64,000 nucleotides of DNA, from positions 1 through 64,000 of the forward strand of contig MU271301.1 in assembly GCA_021432655.1 (NCBI GenBank), read 5' to 3'. The position numbers were made by a program, and so were the translations under genes. The stretch comes from Atractiella rhizophila (Eukaryota). Positions 1 through 10,918 of this stretch are shown one piece after another. The notes below the pieces were generated by a model. The model did no database searches, was not told where the DNA came from, and saw only the letters and a program-made list of their open reading frames with translations. How positions within the stretch are numbered: the stretch's first letter is position 1; the number at the start of each line of letters is the position of its first letter.

Positions 1-1315
1 TGGTCGGAGGAGCAGGGGCGGCGTCGTCGACATTGTGAACTCGATTGAGTACGCCTAATTCCTGGAAGAAACCCCGAGTCCAAATTGCCTGCTTGACTGC
101 GACGTGAGCTGCACTGTACTCCGCCTCCCCAGAAGAGCTCGCAACGAGTTTCTGAGCCTGGGAAATCCATGAGATAGGTCCACCTGCGAGCATGGCCACC
201 ACTCCAGTTTGAGAGCGCAGATTTGGAAGGAGAGTAGCAAAGGAAGCATCGGAGTAAAAAGCAAGGGGATGACGATTGTCGGCTGAGTAGACAATACCGT
301 GAGTCGGAGTGCCTTTAAGGTAGCGTAAGATGCGATCCACTGCACGAAAGTGGGCGGGTCCAGGATTGGCCTGAAATCGAGAGACGTTGGAGAGAGCGAA
401 GGCAATGTCGGGACGGGTGGCATTCGCGAGCCAACCAAGACAACCAATAACAGAGTTGAAGGACCATGATGGCTTCGAACAGAGATCTTCCTCAGACCAA
501 TCACCCTCAAAAGGTTGAAGTCGTTCATTAACATCGACAGGAGTGCGAGCAGAGGGAAGAACATCGTATCCAAAATTGCGAACCATCTCGACCGCAAAGT
601 CCGCCTGAGAGACGGAGAGAGTGCCTTTGTCCCAATCACGCTCCACTAAAGTACCCAGAAAGTTTCGAACCGGTCCTAATAATCGCATCCGGAAGGTGGA
701 GGCCAACTCACGCTGAAGTGCGATAACCTGAGACTCGACAGCCCCAACAGTAAGCGTGTCGTCAACATACACGACCAGCACGTAAAGTTCCCCATCCACG
801 TACTTCGTGAAGACACACGAGTCTGACCACAACTCGTTCCACCCTTTCGACAGCAGGTCCTTCTTCAACGTATTGTACCAGAGCTTCGAAGCCTGAACCA
901 AACCATACACACCCTTCTTCAGCGGATAAACCCAATCCTCTTTCCCCTCCACTACGAAGCCAGGAGGTTGCTTGACGTAAATCGTGAGATCATCCATGGG
1001 AGAGTTGAGAAAAGCTTGGGAATAATCGGCTTGATGGACATGAAGGCGTTCGCGGGCTGCATAGCTAAGGACGCTGCGAGTTGTGTTCCAGTTCGTAACA
1101 GGAGAATAGTTGGAGGCATGGGAGGGAGACAGAGGTTGCTGATCGCCACGGACGCAAAGACGTGCCTTGAACTCCTTCCCAGTACCGCGTAAGTGCTCTT
1201 TGATAGCAAAAACCCACTGCCACGCAATGGCCTTTACCCCATCAGGCTTCGGTTGTAGGTCACCAACTACTCCCTGACCAATCATGCCATCCATCCACTC
1301 AGATCGCATCTGTTC
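1..1315 (-). CDS. Copia reverse transcriptase + RNase H, in a different frame from gag-IN and open to the window edge
   Basis: Manual translation: EQMRSEW...WVFAIK...FKARLCVRGDQQ...QAFLN...IYVKQPPGF...YGLVQASKLW...VVYVDD (YVDD at 758-769)...TRPDIAFA...YSDASFA...SSGEAEY. It is absent from the ORF track because no stop occurs before position 1. Confidence 0.93.
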
Positions 1316-4300
1316 ACGCCACCCACTGATCTCTGAAGGGGCCATAGTAAGCCTCCTTCCAGGAGCGAGGAGGAGACTGAGGAGAAGAATCTGGGGAAGA
1401 GGCAAGGAAACACGCAAGGTCATCAGGGATGTCGGACCATCCAGAATCAAGGTGATGCTGTACACTGAAGGCATAACACCTGGAGGGAGTAGAGATGTGA
1501 GATGAGGCAAGGAGAGCACGGTCAGGAGAGATATCGACCACTTCCGGTGTCGAGCCCAGTTGTAGACACAGAGAGACGGGATCGACTATAAAATCATTAT
1601 TGAAGTAGCGCGGATTGGGCTTGAGAGGCCGGCCACGACGAGAGGCAACCACTGGTCCAGATGGAACAGGAGGGACCTGATCAGTAACCTGCACACGAGG
1701 TGAAGAGTTGGGACTCATCATCTGGGTGGGTCTTACATCCGCCACTACGCGCTGAAAGCCCCCTTCCTCGCACCCATCACCCGCACAACTAGTCACCCTG
1801 GGAGAAGAGGGCAATCCCAAGGGATCATCATCCACTCCCACCGGTTCCAAACCGCCCGAAGGAGGCACAACGATAGGGAAGGGAGCAACATCCTCGGCCA
1901 AAGGAGCAGAATTTTCAGGACGACAAGGCTCGTCGGGAAACGTGGAAGGGAAGGAATCGCAGAGAGAGAAGTTGGGAACGAAGTTGGAATTGGAGATCAG
2001 GGGCGAAGGGGCACGAGAGCCAAAGTGATCTTCGCGGAAAAGGACATGGCGTGCACGTAATACGCGTTGAAGCTTGGCTACGTAGACGAAATGTGATTTG
2101 TGCTGCACATCCGGACCCAGGTAAATGCCTTCATGAGCTTTGTTGGAGAACTTCCCAGACTGGTTGAGAACCATGGCATAAGCCGTGCAACCAAAAACAC
2201 GACAATGATCCACCGCAGGGCGACGACCCGTACAGACTTCGATAGGGGTACGATTGTTGAGAGGTTTAGAAGGGAGGCGATTGTGGAGGTGGGCAGAATA
2301 TGCGCAGGCATAAGTCCAGAATTTCTTCTCCAATCCAGCCTCGTGAAGCATGCAGATTGCAGAAGTGATAATCATCCTATGTGCCCGCTCAGCAACACCG
2401 TTCTCAGGGGAACAATACGGTGTAGTTGGCGTCTTGTTGATACCAGCATCCTGCATCCACCTATCCAATAACCCATTCATGAATTCCCCACCCCCGTCAA
2501 CTTTCCACCGTAAGATCTTACGACCACTGTTGAGTTCAATCCAAGCTCTGAAGGAGCGAAATGAGGAAATGATGTCAGCCGCTGACTTGCCGGAGTAAAA
2601 CTCAACATGAAATAGACGAGATCCGTAATCGACGTGCGTAGCCATATACAGAGAACCTCCCAGTGAAGGGACTTCCATTGGACCACAAAGATCTGTAGAA
2701 ATACACTCTCCCGGGGAGTACTCCAACCCTCCCGTCTTTCGAGGATAAGATCCCTTGGTCATCTTCCCCATGATACACGCTTCACAATCCTCCAATTTAA
2801 CATCGAACGTCTTAGGCCCACAAACGTCCATACCGTCCACCAATGAATGTTTCACCAGAGCCTCTAGACGTTCTTTTCCGGGATGTCCAAGACGTTTGTG
2901 CCACACGTCCATGGTTACAGCAGTGTTCGCGAGTAATCGATTGAGAGGAGACAGGTCGCGTGAGGCAGCAAGAGGAGGCGAAGGTGGAGAGCCGAAGGAA
3001 GGATCAGGGATGGGAGAACCATTGAGCCAATAGACACCATGCCTAAGTGAAGCTGTCGCCAGAATTGTCCCCGTGGTAGTAACACGAACAAAGACACCCT
3101 CTCGACAGAATAGAATTTCATGATCGCCATCCTTGACGATCTGCGAAACAGAGAGCAAAGGGGTGCGAATTGCTGGTACGTATAGAACTTCCTTCAAATG
3201 AAGAACTGTGGGAGAGCCGCCAGGATCCCTCGTAGAGTAGAACATCTCGCCTCGACCCATGATGGGAACCTTGACTCCGTTGCCGACCTCAACCATGTCT
3301 TCACCAGACTCAGGTTTGAAATTGTGGATGAGGTCGCGTCGATATTCCGCGGGTTTTGAACATCCGGAATCTAAACAACTTCTGACTTGAGTAGCGAAAA
3401 GAGCGAGGTTTCCCAACTGTGAGAGAGTACTGGAAGGAGTCGTAACTTTCGGAACAGGAACGTCATGCTGAACAGCAGTTTCTAGGAGGATCATGGCTCG
3501 AGTTTGTTCGACGCCATTGATATCCAGATCCAGGGTAGTGAGATCCCCGTCCCAATCGGGTTGATGAGATGATATGTAACGGGCAAAGTGCGAGATCTCT
3601 TGAGGACCACCACTCCCACCGATCTCGGACGACTTAGCCGGCCAGACAGCGTTCGTAGGAACGGAGTTGGAACCAGAGACCACAGGAGGAACGGAAGAGG
3701 AAGGAGAGGTAGTCGCCAAATGGGCAAGGGAGGTGGACGAGGAGGAGGACTTCTTAGCTCGAAACTGATCCAGCTTCTCTGGGTGCAATTGAAAACAATC
3801 AGCCTTCTTATGACCTTTCTTCCCGCAATGATCACACGTCCCAGAAAAGCGAGTGTTCGCCTGAGGATCGAAGAGAGCCCGTCGAGTGGGATGAATGTTC
3901 CCATCCGTCCTCCTCGTGAGAAATGCCTTTTCATCACCAGCAGCCATCTCGTCCCTCCCAACGATCTCGCTGATCTCCTCAATGATATCGTCGGAGGTGA
4001 TGTGTTCAACATTGAAAGGAATGGTGGGATTTGCACGCTCATGCTTGTCACGGAGAGACTTGAGGGAAGACTCCCACCGACCCATAAGATCAGATGGGAT
4101 CATCGCGAGCAAGTGGAGGGTGATAAGCTTCTCCGGACCGGTGACCTTGCCCGCAAAACGTTCAATATCGGTCCAAGTCTTGCGCACATGGTTGGCCCAA
4201 TCGACGTAAGTCGAGGCAGAGATGGGCTGAGAAACAGTGGAGAGAAAGGCCTTCCACGCCGACGTAGCTTGAAGAGTTCCAGCAGTAGAGCAACGGGACT

Positions 4301-4877
4301 TGAGGAGGGTCCAAATCGCATGCGCAGTGTGTTTCTCCATTTCCCACTTGGGCTTCGCCGCCTTAATGACATCTTTGAGTTGATCGTCCACAGAAGAGAT
4401 GAGAAATGCACGAGCTGCAAAATCTCCTTTCATCCAAGCCGCTTTCTTGTCGGGATAAAGAAAGGCTTGAGAGGGTCCGGCAGCATCGTAGAGCTCTTTG
4501 ACAGGACGGGGAGTAAAGAGTTCTCCATCACCATCCACACCAACATAGCCCCAGAGACCCATGGATTGCAGACAGGTCTCGGCATCCTCAGACCACGACG
4601 TCCATGTCGTACGTGTAAGCAGATTCTCGACCTTGGCTGGTTCGGAAGGCATGACGTCGTCGTCCCCAGATTCGAAAGATGAAACAGCGAGAGGAATAAA
4701 TGGAACAGAGTGAGCGTCTGGAAAGTCGAACGGTGCGGGAGAATCCAAAAGATTCGCAGTAGGAGGAGATAGATCTAGATCGGAGTGGTGAAGACTGAGA
4801 TCTTGAAGAGAATGTTCGAGATTGGAAACCGAAAGATCAGGATCAGGATTCTTGACGTTACGCGTTCGACGCGACAT
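1314..4877 (-). CDS. Copia Gag-protease-integrase polyprotein (1187 aa; stops just before RT)
   Basis: Zinc knuckle CDHCGKKGHKKADC; aspartic protease CLDSGCS; HHCC WHKRLGHP...CEAC; DDE core STDLCGP / KVDGGGEF / ENGVAER; RVFGC in the C-terminal part. Confidence 0.95.
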   Translation of the reverse strand: MSRRTRNVKNPDPDLSVSNLEHSLQDLSLHHSDLDLSPPTANLLDSPAPFDFPDAHSVPFIPLAVSSFESGDDDVMPSEPAKVENLLTRTTWTSWSEDAETCLQSMGLWGYVGVDGDGELFTPRPVKELYDAAGPSQAFLYPDKKAAWMKGDFAARAFLISSVDDQLKDVIKAAKPKWEMEKHTAHAIWTLLKSRCSTAGTLQATSAWKAFLSTVSQPISASTYVDWANHVRKTWTDIERFAGKVTGPEKLITLHLLAMIPSDLMGRWESSLKSLRDKHERANPTIPFNVEHITSDDIIEEISEIVGRDEMAAGDEKAFLTRRTDGNIHPTRRALFDPQANTRFSGTCDHCGKKGHKKADCFQLHPEKLDQFRAKKSSSSSTSLAHLATTSPSSSVPPVVSGSNSVPTNAVWPAKSSEIGGSGGPQEISHFARYISSHQPDWDGDLTTLDLDINGVEQTRAMILLETAVQHDVPVPKVTTPSSTLSQLGNLALFATQVRSCLDSGCSKPAEYRRDLIHNFKPESGEDMVEVGNGVKVPIMGRGEMFYSTRDPGGSPTVLHLKEVLYVPAIRTPLLSVSQIVKDGDHEILFCREGVFVRVTTTGTILATASLRHGVYWLNGSPIPDPSFGSPPSPPLAASRDLSPLNRLLANTAVTMDVWHKRLGHPGKERLEALVKHSLVDGMDVCGPKTFDVKLEDCEACIMGKMTKGSYPRKTGGLEYSPGECISTDLCGPMEVPSLGGSLYMATHVDYGSRLFHVEFYSGKSAADIISSFRSFRAWIELNSGRKILRWKVDGGGEFMNGLLDRWMQDAGINKTPTTPYCSPENGVAERAHRMIITSAICMLHEAGLEKKFWTYACAYSAHLHNRLPSKPLNNRTPIEVCTGRRPAVDHCRVFGCTAYAMVLNQSGKFSNKAHEGIYLGPDVQHKSHFVYVAKLQRVLRARHVLFREDHFGSRAPSPLISNSNFVPNFSLCDSFPSTFPDEPCRPENSAPLAEDVAPFPIVVPPSGGLEPVGVDDDPLGLPSSPRVTSCAGDGCEEGGFQRVVADVRPTQMMSPNSSPRVQVTDQVPPVPSGPVVASRRGRPLKPNPRYFNNDFIVDPVSLCLQLGSTPEVVDISPDRALLASSHISTPSRCYAFSVQHHLDSGWSDIPDDLACFLASSPDSSPQSPPRSWKEAYYGPFRDQWVA

Positions 4878-5010
4878 AAAATGCTGAAAGAAAAATGTAG
4901 AAGAGGTTTAAAGTCGCTCCAGACGTCAAAAGATTGATCGTGTTTCTGAGAAAACAATTCTTGCCACCGTGAGGAAATCGAACAGGGAATGCCTCAAGCG
5001 TCGAGGGTTT

Positions 5011-5022
5011 AGGCTCATAACC
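5011..5022 (-). promoter_or_regulatory. Primer-binding site complementary to the anticodon arm of initiator tRNA-Met
   Basis: Minus strand GGTTATGAGCCT is complementary to GGCUCAUAACC of tRNA-iMet, the internal (half-tRNA) priming known from Drosophila copia and yeast Ty5. Confidence 0.85.
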
Positions 5023-5268
5023 TGTTGGACTGGATTCCCCCAACGTGAAGGAAGACAGAACACGATCAGAATGCAGAACTATAGATAAGTGAGATACAGA
5101 CCTGGATTCCCCCAACGTGAAGGAAGACAGAACACGATGGGGAAATCCAGAAGAGGTAGACCAGCTTTATATACGTGGGTGAGCGGGAGACGTTGGGAAA
5201 CGGGAATACAAAGTGAGTGAGACACCAACAGAAAGGAGTCCACTACCCGACCAGCTGGGCATCTAACA
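5023..5268 (-). repeat. 5' LTR of the copia element (~246 bp; the outer boundary could instead be 5230)
   Basis: Begins TGTTGGA (5023) and ends TCTAACA (5268), an imperfect terminal inverted repeat with TG...CA ends. TATATAAAG on the minus strand at ~5165-5173. Abuts the PBS. Confidence 0.75.
5030..5138. repeat. 37-bp perfect direct repeat inside the LTR
   Basis: CTGGATTCCCCCAACGTGAAGGAAGACAGAACACGAT at 5030-5066 and 5102-5138 (72-bp spacing). Confidence 0.95.
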
Positions 5269-5409
5269 CCATTCACTGCGCTGCCCGTGGTGTCGAAACT
5301 ACGGCAATTTGCCACCAAAATCTTGGCTCAGCTCTTGGCTCGTTCCTTCCCAACTCGCACGACAGTTGCCCTTAACAGTTCCCACAACACCTTCTTCTAC
5401 AGCTGTAAT

Positions 5410-6096
5410 ATGAGCTCCTCCTCCACTCATGCTCCGGAACCGAGCAGCGTTCGCTCTCAAATGCGAACCGCTGACTACGTTTCGCTTATCCAAGTCGTCA
5501 CCCTGCCTCCTCTCCTGTCGTACGAGAACTGACATTATTGGCATGAAAATGACAGTTGCTCATCCTCCCGATCGCCCTCTACGTCGCCCGCTTCCAACCG
5601 TGCGACACTCCACTCCGCCAATTCGTAGCTTTCCACCTCCTCCGGGTAGCCATTCTAGCGTGGCCGGTGAAGATTTGGAAGATGCGCAGGCGCGTACAGG
5701 AAGGGCGAAAAAGGTCAGTCCATCGCTCCCTAACCGTCCATCATCCTGGAATGACAGATGCTCGGCGCGGAAGGGATGGAGATGACAATCCCATGCAAGA
5801 GGCAAATAGGAAGCGGTGGGACTCCCTCGCTGTCTTTCTTGGGTTTAAAAGCCAGATATTGGGCATTCTGTCAGCAGTAGTTGGTGCGTAAATCTGGTTC
5901 TCAATTGAACAAATGACAATGAACAAATTCTAGGCGGGATGTGGCTCATCCAAGATAGCACCTGCACATGGAAGACAAGAGGTTTGGGACAGGCAGCCCT
6001 TTGGTGTCTATTGCTAATTTGCCAAGGAGATTGATGATCTCCATAGAGAATGGAGATGGCCTGATGGCACAAACAACAGAAAAAACCATAGCATGA
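5410..6096 (+). CDS. Small multi-exon hypothetical membrane protein, possibly degenerate
   Basis: ATG at 5410, intron with CTGAC...CAG, hydrophobic exon LLILPIALYVARFQPCDTPLRQFVAFHLLRVAIL, later exons QILGILSAVVGGMWLIQDSTC. The frame across the ~5714 junction is ambiguous. Confidence 0.35.
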
Positions 6097-6336
6097 AAGT
6101 AGGAGCACACACCATCTAAGAATCTCTTCAGCTCTTTCCTGCTTCTCACCTCCAGTTGCATCTTTCTATTCCCAGTCTCCAGTAGCGTCGCCACTTTGAT
6201 CTTCATCGATTGCTCTTTGTGGGATTGAAGGTACACCATGGGAAGTGAGGGGAATATGAATGCGATTCCAGAGAGAACGGTTTCAAAAGAAAACAAAAAA
6301 TCCTGTCACTCCTGACGAATGTGAATTGGGGTTGAT

Positions 6337-9300
6337 CTATTTCTTCGTTTTGGTGCTGGTCGCTTTCTTCGCTGCCGCACCCTTCGGCTTCTTCTCCTTG
6401 ACCAGCTTATTTTTGCCCAGTGGAACTTCCCCATCTTCGTCTGCATTGGGTGCTGGTGCATCTTCATCAGGCACCTCTTCGTCGACCTAATTGGACATCA
6501 GTGAGGTCCACGCTGGAAGCCAGACCTGTCGCACCTCAACAACATCCTCCAAATCGGGTACATTGTCAGCCGCCAGCTTCTTCGTTGGCTTCCCCAAGTC
6601 TGTAGCTTTGAAGAAAGGGATAGGATGCGTTTCTTTGTTGAACCTATGACATGCAACAATTTAATAGCGTTGTGGACATCGATGAGAATACGCACTGTCG
6701 TGTAAATGCGGCCTTTGTCGCACTAGGAATCTTTTTCAGCATTGGCTCTCCTTCATTGTCACCAATGCCCAGTTCGACCAGTGCATCCCACTCGTCTTTA
6801 CTGAGATAATAATCGTCCATAGCCTGAATCACTTCATCGATTGAATCCTATTACCCGGTGATGCCTCAGGACGAGCATACCAACACAAAAATCGGACTGA
6901 CCGAACCCTTCTCTGTCAAAGGCGTGACGACCTTTTCAAAAAGGGCAGGTATATAACTTTGTCTGATCTCTCGTCGATCCCCAGATGTCTTGAGCCGCAT
7001 TCGAATCTGGATCTCCCCCAGGAGTCGCTGCAACTTGCCTTGGGTTGAGTTCTTCCCAAACCACCTATCCGGCCTCCTCAGCAAACTCGCAGATACACGA
7101 AGGAAAGCAACAGGACGCACGCAGGAAAACCCATTCCGTACCCACCGCCAGATTGGCCAGGGCCATGGCAGTAAGATGCAGGCCGCACAGTAGAAAATAC
7201 TCCATGAGTGGGAAGCAAGGACCAGTGCTGGTCGCCGCTTGATCTTTTCTCAGGTGGGTGCCTTGAATGAGCAAAGAGGACTAACCCATGAATCATCCGA
7301 TCTACGAGATCACCGTCAGAGATCGCATCAGCTGCCTTAGAAGCCAGTTCGATCTTCTTTGCTTCCGCTTCTTTGCCCGTCTTGTTTGCTGCTAGTTGGA
7401 ACTTGTACTTCAGGTAGTTGTCCTGTTCAGTGTCATAAATACTGGCACTGGATACGAGAGCCGTACAATACCTGAACAAAAAGCGGCATGGCTGAGAAGT
7501 CTTGGAAGTAGAGTTCCAATTTGTCTGTGAGAGTATGCTTTGAAGTTTGGGAGTACGTGTATGGGCTGAAGAGGGTGCTCATGAGGGTCCACGGTGTCTG
7601 AATCGTGTTTTTCTCGTTCATCTTTGACCTAGCCCAACATTTAGCTGGAAGAAACAGTTGGGCAGAGGAGAAACATACAGCGCTTTGCTTTCATCGAAAT
7701 CCATCTCTATATTTGTGCGCCGGAACATGGACAGCATCCCAAGAATCTGCCTGATATCTGAGTTTGAGCTCGAAATGATGAAGTCTACAGCCTCCTTCTT
7801 GGGTTTCATGCCTTCCCTACAACGTCGTCAGCTTCAGGAAAATAGAAAGAATAGATTGCTTACTTGAACAGGATGGACATCATTCGGCTACGGACCATTT
7901 CTACTGTGGGCCGAGAAAATTTGAGAGGATAGGTAGTAGATTGCAGAGGTTTCATTTTGGGGGTATTCGCTTCGTTAGCAATGAGAATGAGTGGTATCTT
8001 TGTCTTCTTGATCAAGGCATTCAGTGCTCCAACACCACCTCGATCACCAGCGGACATTCCGTCGACCTCGTCCATGATCATGACTGTCTTCGTGTCCTTA
8101 ATGGAGAAGACATCTATTGGTGTTGATGAAGATCCGGCTGAGGCAGAAGGAACGTTCTGCTTCAGAGGTTTAAGCTTAGGAAACGCAATCGGCATACGAC
8201 ATACATTGTTCTTCTTCACCCAGTCACCCAGTGTTCTACCATCAATGTTGCCCCTAATGGCAGTCTGCCACAGTTGTTAGCAAGGTTATGATGTGACGTT
8301 TGTGACAAAGCATACTTCCAGAAGCTTCTTGCTTCTTGTATCACTCGCGTTCATTTCGATAATCTCATACCCCAACTCCTTCGAAATCACATGAGCCGCG
8401 GTCGTCTTTCCAATGCCAGGCGGACCGGAGACGAGGACAGCACGAAAGGCACCCATTCCGTCTTTACCAGGCTTCTTAAAAGACGATTTCAAGCTCTTCG
8501 GCCTGTAAGACAGACTTGAGTTCATGGCACTCAGCCACGAAGAACGTACCAGTCAGTCAGCCAGCGCTCCAACTTGTCAACCTGTCCTTTGTTACCGCAA
8601 ATGTCCTTCTTGGAATGTGGCGCATACTTATCTGCCCAAAGCTGATCGGAGCTGCAACCCTTGTCAGCGGTAAAGAACACGACAGAAAGTGCTGGCTTAC
8701 ATCAGTGCGGGCGCGCCATTCTGACTGGATTTCGCTTGAGAACCGGCTGCCTTCAGGGCTGCTTTCTCCTGCTTCTCAAATTCAGCAACTTGGCGCATCA
8801 TCTTTTCCTGCTCTTCCTTCTGCTTTTGCTTGTATTTGGGATCGACGTCTTTCGCGGTTCGAGTTCTGATGAGGTCAAGGAGCCTGGAGTCAGAACGTCA
8901 GCGAGAAGAAACTCGAGCTAGTATGCACTAACCCATCCTCATCGATAGTTGGGATTTTGTGCTTGGCAATCAACTCCAACTTCTTGGGTCCAGCATCACT
9001 CCCAAGAACAACATACGACGTCTTTGACGACGGAGCACCAGTAATGCGACTGTTGAATTATGAGATTTCGATGACTAGCGCAGGTGGACATACCCTCCGT
9101 ATCGCTTGGCAAGCTCGATTGCCTCCTCCCTGGACAGACTCTCGCCTTCTCCTGTGAAGACGAATGTAAGCCCACTCAGACATCCGTCCTGCCCTTCTGG
9201 GATATCTTTGCTTCCAGGATTGGATGGTCCGGCTCTCGCTTGCGGGATCCATTTCGGTTTCGGTTTTGCAGAACCATCCTCTTTCGGAGCTTTGGCCGAA

Positions 9301-10019
9301 GTCGAGGCACGAGCGTTCTTTGTCGGTGGAGCATCGTCGTCCTCAGATGCAGTGTCGACTTTGTGTTTTTTCACGGGCGCTTTCTTTTTGACTGGCTCCT
9401 CCTCAGAATCAGGGACGACCTTTTTCTTTGGAGCTGGCCGCTTCTTCGGTGATGCAACCCTCTTCGTCTTTGGCCTCTCTTTCTCCTCCTCGCTCTCATC
9501 ATCGTCAACCACGAAATCATCTAAATTCTTCCCCTTTCCCTTCGACTTCTTTTTCGGCGCATCATCATCGCTGTCGCTAATAGCGGCGGCACTTCGCTTC
9601 TTTGCTACATCGCCAGACTTTCGGATCTTCTTTTTGACTGGTTCTTCCTCATCATCATCATCACTAACAACTACAGTCTTCTTCTTGGAAGAGGCAGGCT
9701 GCTTTCGCTGCTTCTTGACTGACCTGTCCTCGTCGTCACTGACAGCAGTAGTCTTTTTCGCAGAGCCGACTGATTTTCGGGGTTTTTTCTTCACTTGCTC
9801 ATCCTCTTCGCTTGATGGTGGCGCTTTCCGTTTTGGGGTTGCTTTAGCGGGTGCGGCGTCGTCAGAATCGATGTCGATGGTGATTGGATTCCCTTTATTA
9901 GACTTTGAACTCTTTTCTGGCGGCTTGGAGGAAGATGGCTGGGAATTCGTGGGAAAGAAAGATCGAATGTCTTTGCCCCCATTTGGTTTTGTGTTTGCGG
10001 CTTTCGATGTCGTTGGCAT
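6337..10019 (-). CDS. RFC1: Replication factor C subunit 1 (multi-exon)
   Basis: K/D/E-rich N-terminus; BRCT domain ([11 protein letters not shown]...AKRYGG); Walker [21 protein letters not shown]; Walker [18 protein letters not shown]1 C-terminal motifs [17 protein letters not shown] and [12 protein letters not shown]. Stop TAG at 6337. Confidence 0.96.
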
Positions 10020-10722
10020 GTTGTCGAAATCTTATGGAGGAGTCAGCATCTGACAACATTTAACTTTTAAGTGAGCAACACCAAATTAGGTATAGTCTGA
10101 AGGACGACACTACTTGGCATGAGTTGGCAAATAAAGGGAACCCTTTTGGACACTGTGCGTAAATGGACACGGGAAGTCCATATTGCTCAACATCGTACAC
10201 AAATCTACCAGGTCAGGGCGCAACCTGAAGGTTTGACCCCCAGATCGCGTAGAGTTAGGTCATATCAGCTGTTGATGGTGGGACATATTCTCGTTAAACC
10301 CTCAAACTGCAAGGGTCGTCGCCCATTGACAAAAAGAAGGCATTCCACTCTACTGAACTCAGTTTTGGACGAATACGCTGACATCCCGCCTTCAGCAATT
10401 GCGTGCCTAAGCCTGAAGATAACCTCGTTCTCTAGAGCTAGGCATCTTAACCTCAACCAAGTTGTCATACTATTCGCTCAACAAATGGCTTCCCCTGTAC
10501 CGAATTCACAGCTCACAAAACAGATTATGAAAGGTTCGTTCAACTTTGAAACAAGGTAGAGTCTCTAACTCCCTCATGCTCTCTGATAAGGGCTGAGCAC
10601 CACCATCTCCTTGAACAACTTCCCTCAAGCAAGGACTACACACCTTGCTAATTAATGACTCTGCCCCAAATCATATAGGTTATTCCCTTGTTGTACACCT
10701 AATATCCTATTCCGTAATAACG

Positions 10723-10787
10723 TTTTCGCGCAAAAATGGAGGGTTTCGACGTGTTTTCTCGCGGGAAGTTGACAATGGAAGACGCGT
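10723..10787. promoter_or_regulatory. Cluster of CGCG-core (MCB/SCB-like) elements in the RFC1/PSD1 divergent promoter
   Basis: TTTTCGCG (10723), CTCGCGGGAA (~10758) and ACGCGT (10782) within 65 bp. Consistent with MBF-type G1/S control of RFC1 (inference). Confidence 0.45.
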
Positions 10788-10918
10788 TTTCGTCGTTTGG
10801 AGCGGAACCGTAACTTGTGCGTCACGTCTTTCAGCTTTCAACAACCTCTCCTTGTATCCACGCTCGAGGCTTTGATTCTTCAGCAGTAGCTTAGGTATCG
10901 CTTAGACTATAAGGGAAG

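Larger units (their letters stand above)
1..5268 (-). mobile_element. Ty1/copia LTR retrotransposon (5' LTR through RNase H; 3' end lies beyond the left window edge)
   Basis: Domain order gag (CCHC) - protease - integrase - RT - RNase H, with integrase upstream of RT as in copia. PBS GGTTATGAGCCT directly follows an LTR ending in ...AACA. The TSD cannot be checked because the 3' LTR is outside the window. Confidence 0.97.

Noticed and set aside
55..639. 194-aa minus-strand ORF
   Set aside because: Off-frame overlap with the RT/RNase H frame.
3588..4682. 364-aa plus-strand ORF inside the retrotransposon
   Set aside because: Antisense to gag, with no recognisable motifs.
5030..5138. 37-bp repeat with a 35-bp spacer, superficially CRISPR-like
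   Set aside because: Only two copies, inside a eukaryotic LTR, with no cas genes.
9106..10053. 315-aa plus-strand ORF rich in F/S
   Set aside because: Antisense shadow of the K/E/D-rich RFC1 exon.
10119..10559. 146-aa plus-strand ORF between RFC1 and PSD1
   Set aside because: No motifs; more likely 5' UTR or promoter sequence of RFC1.
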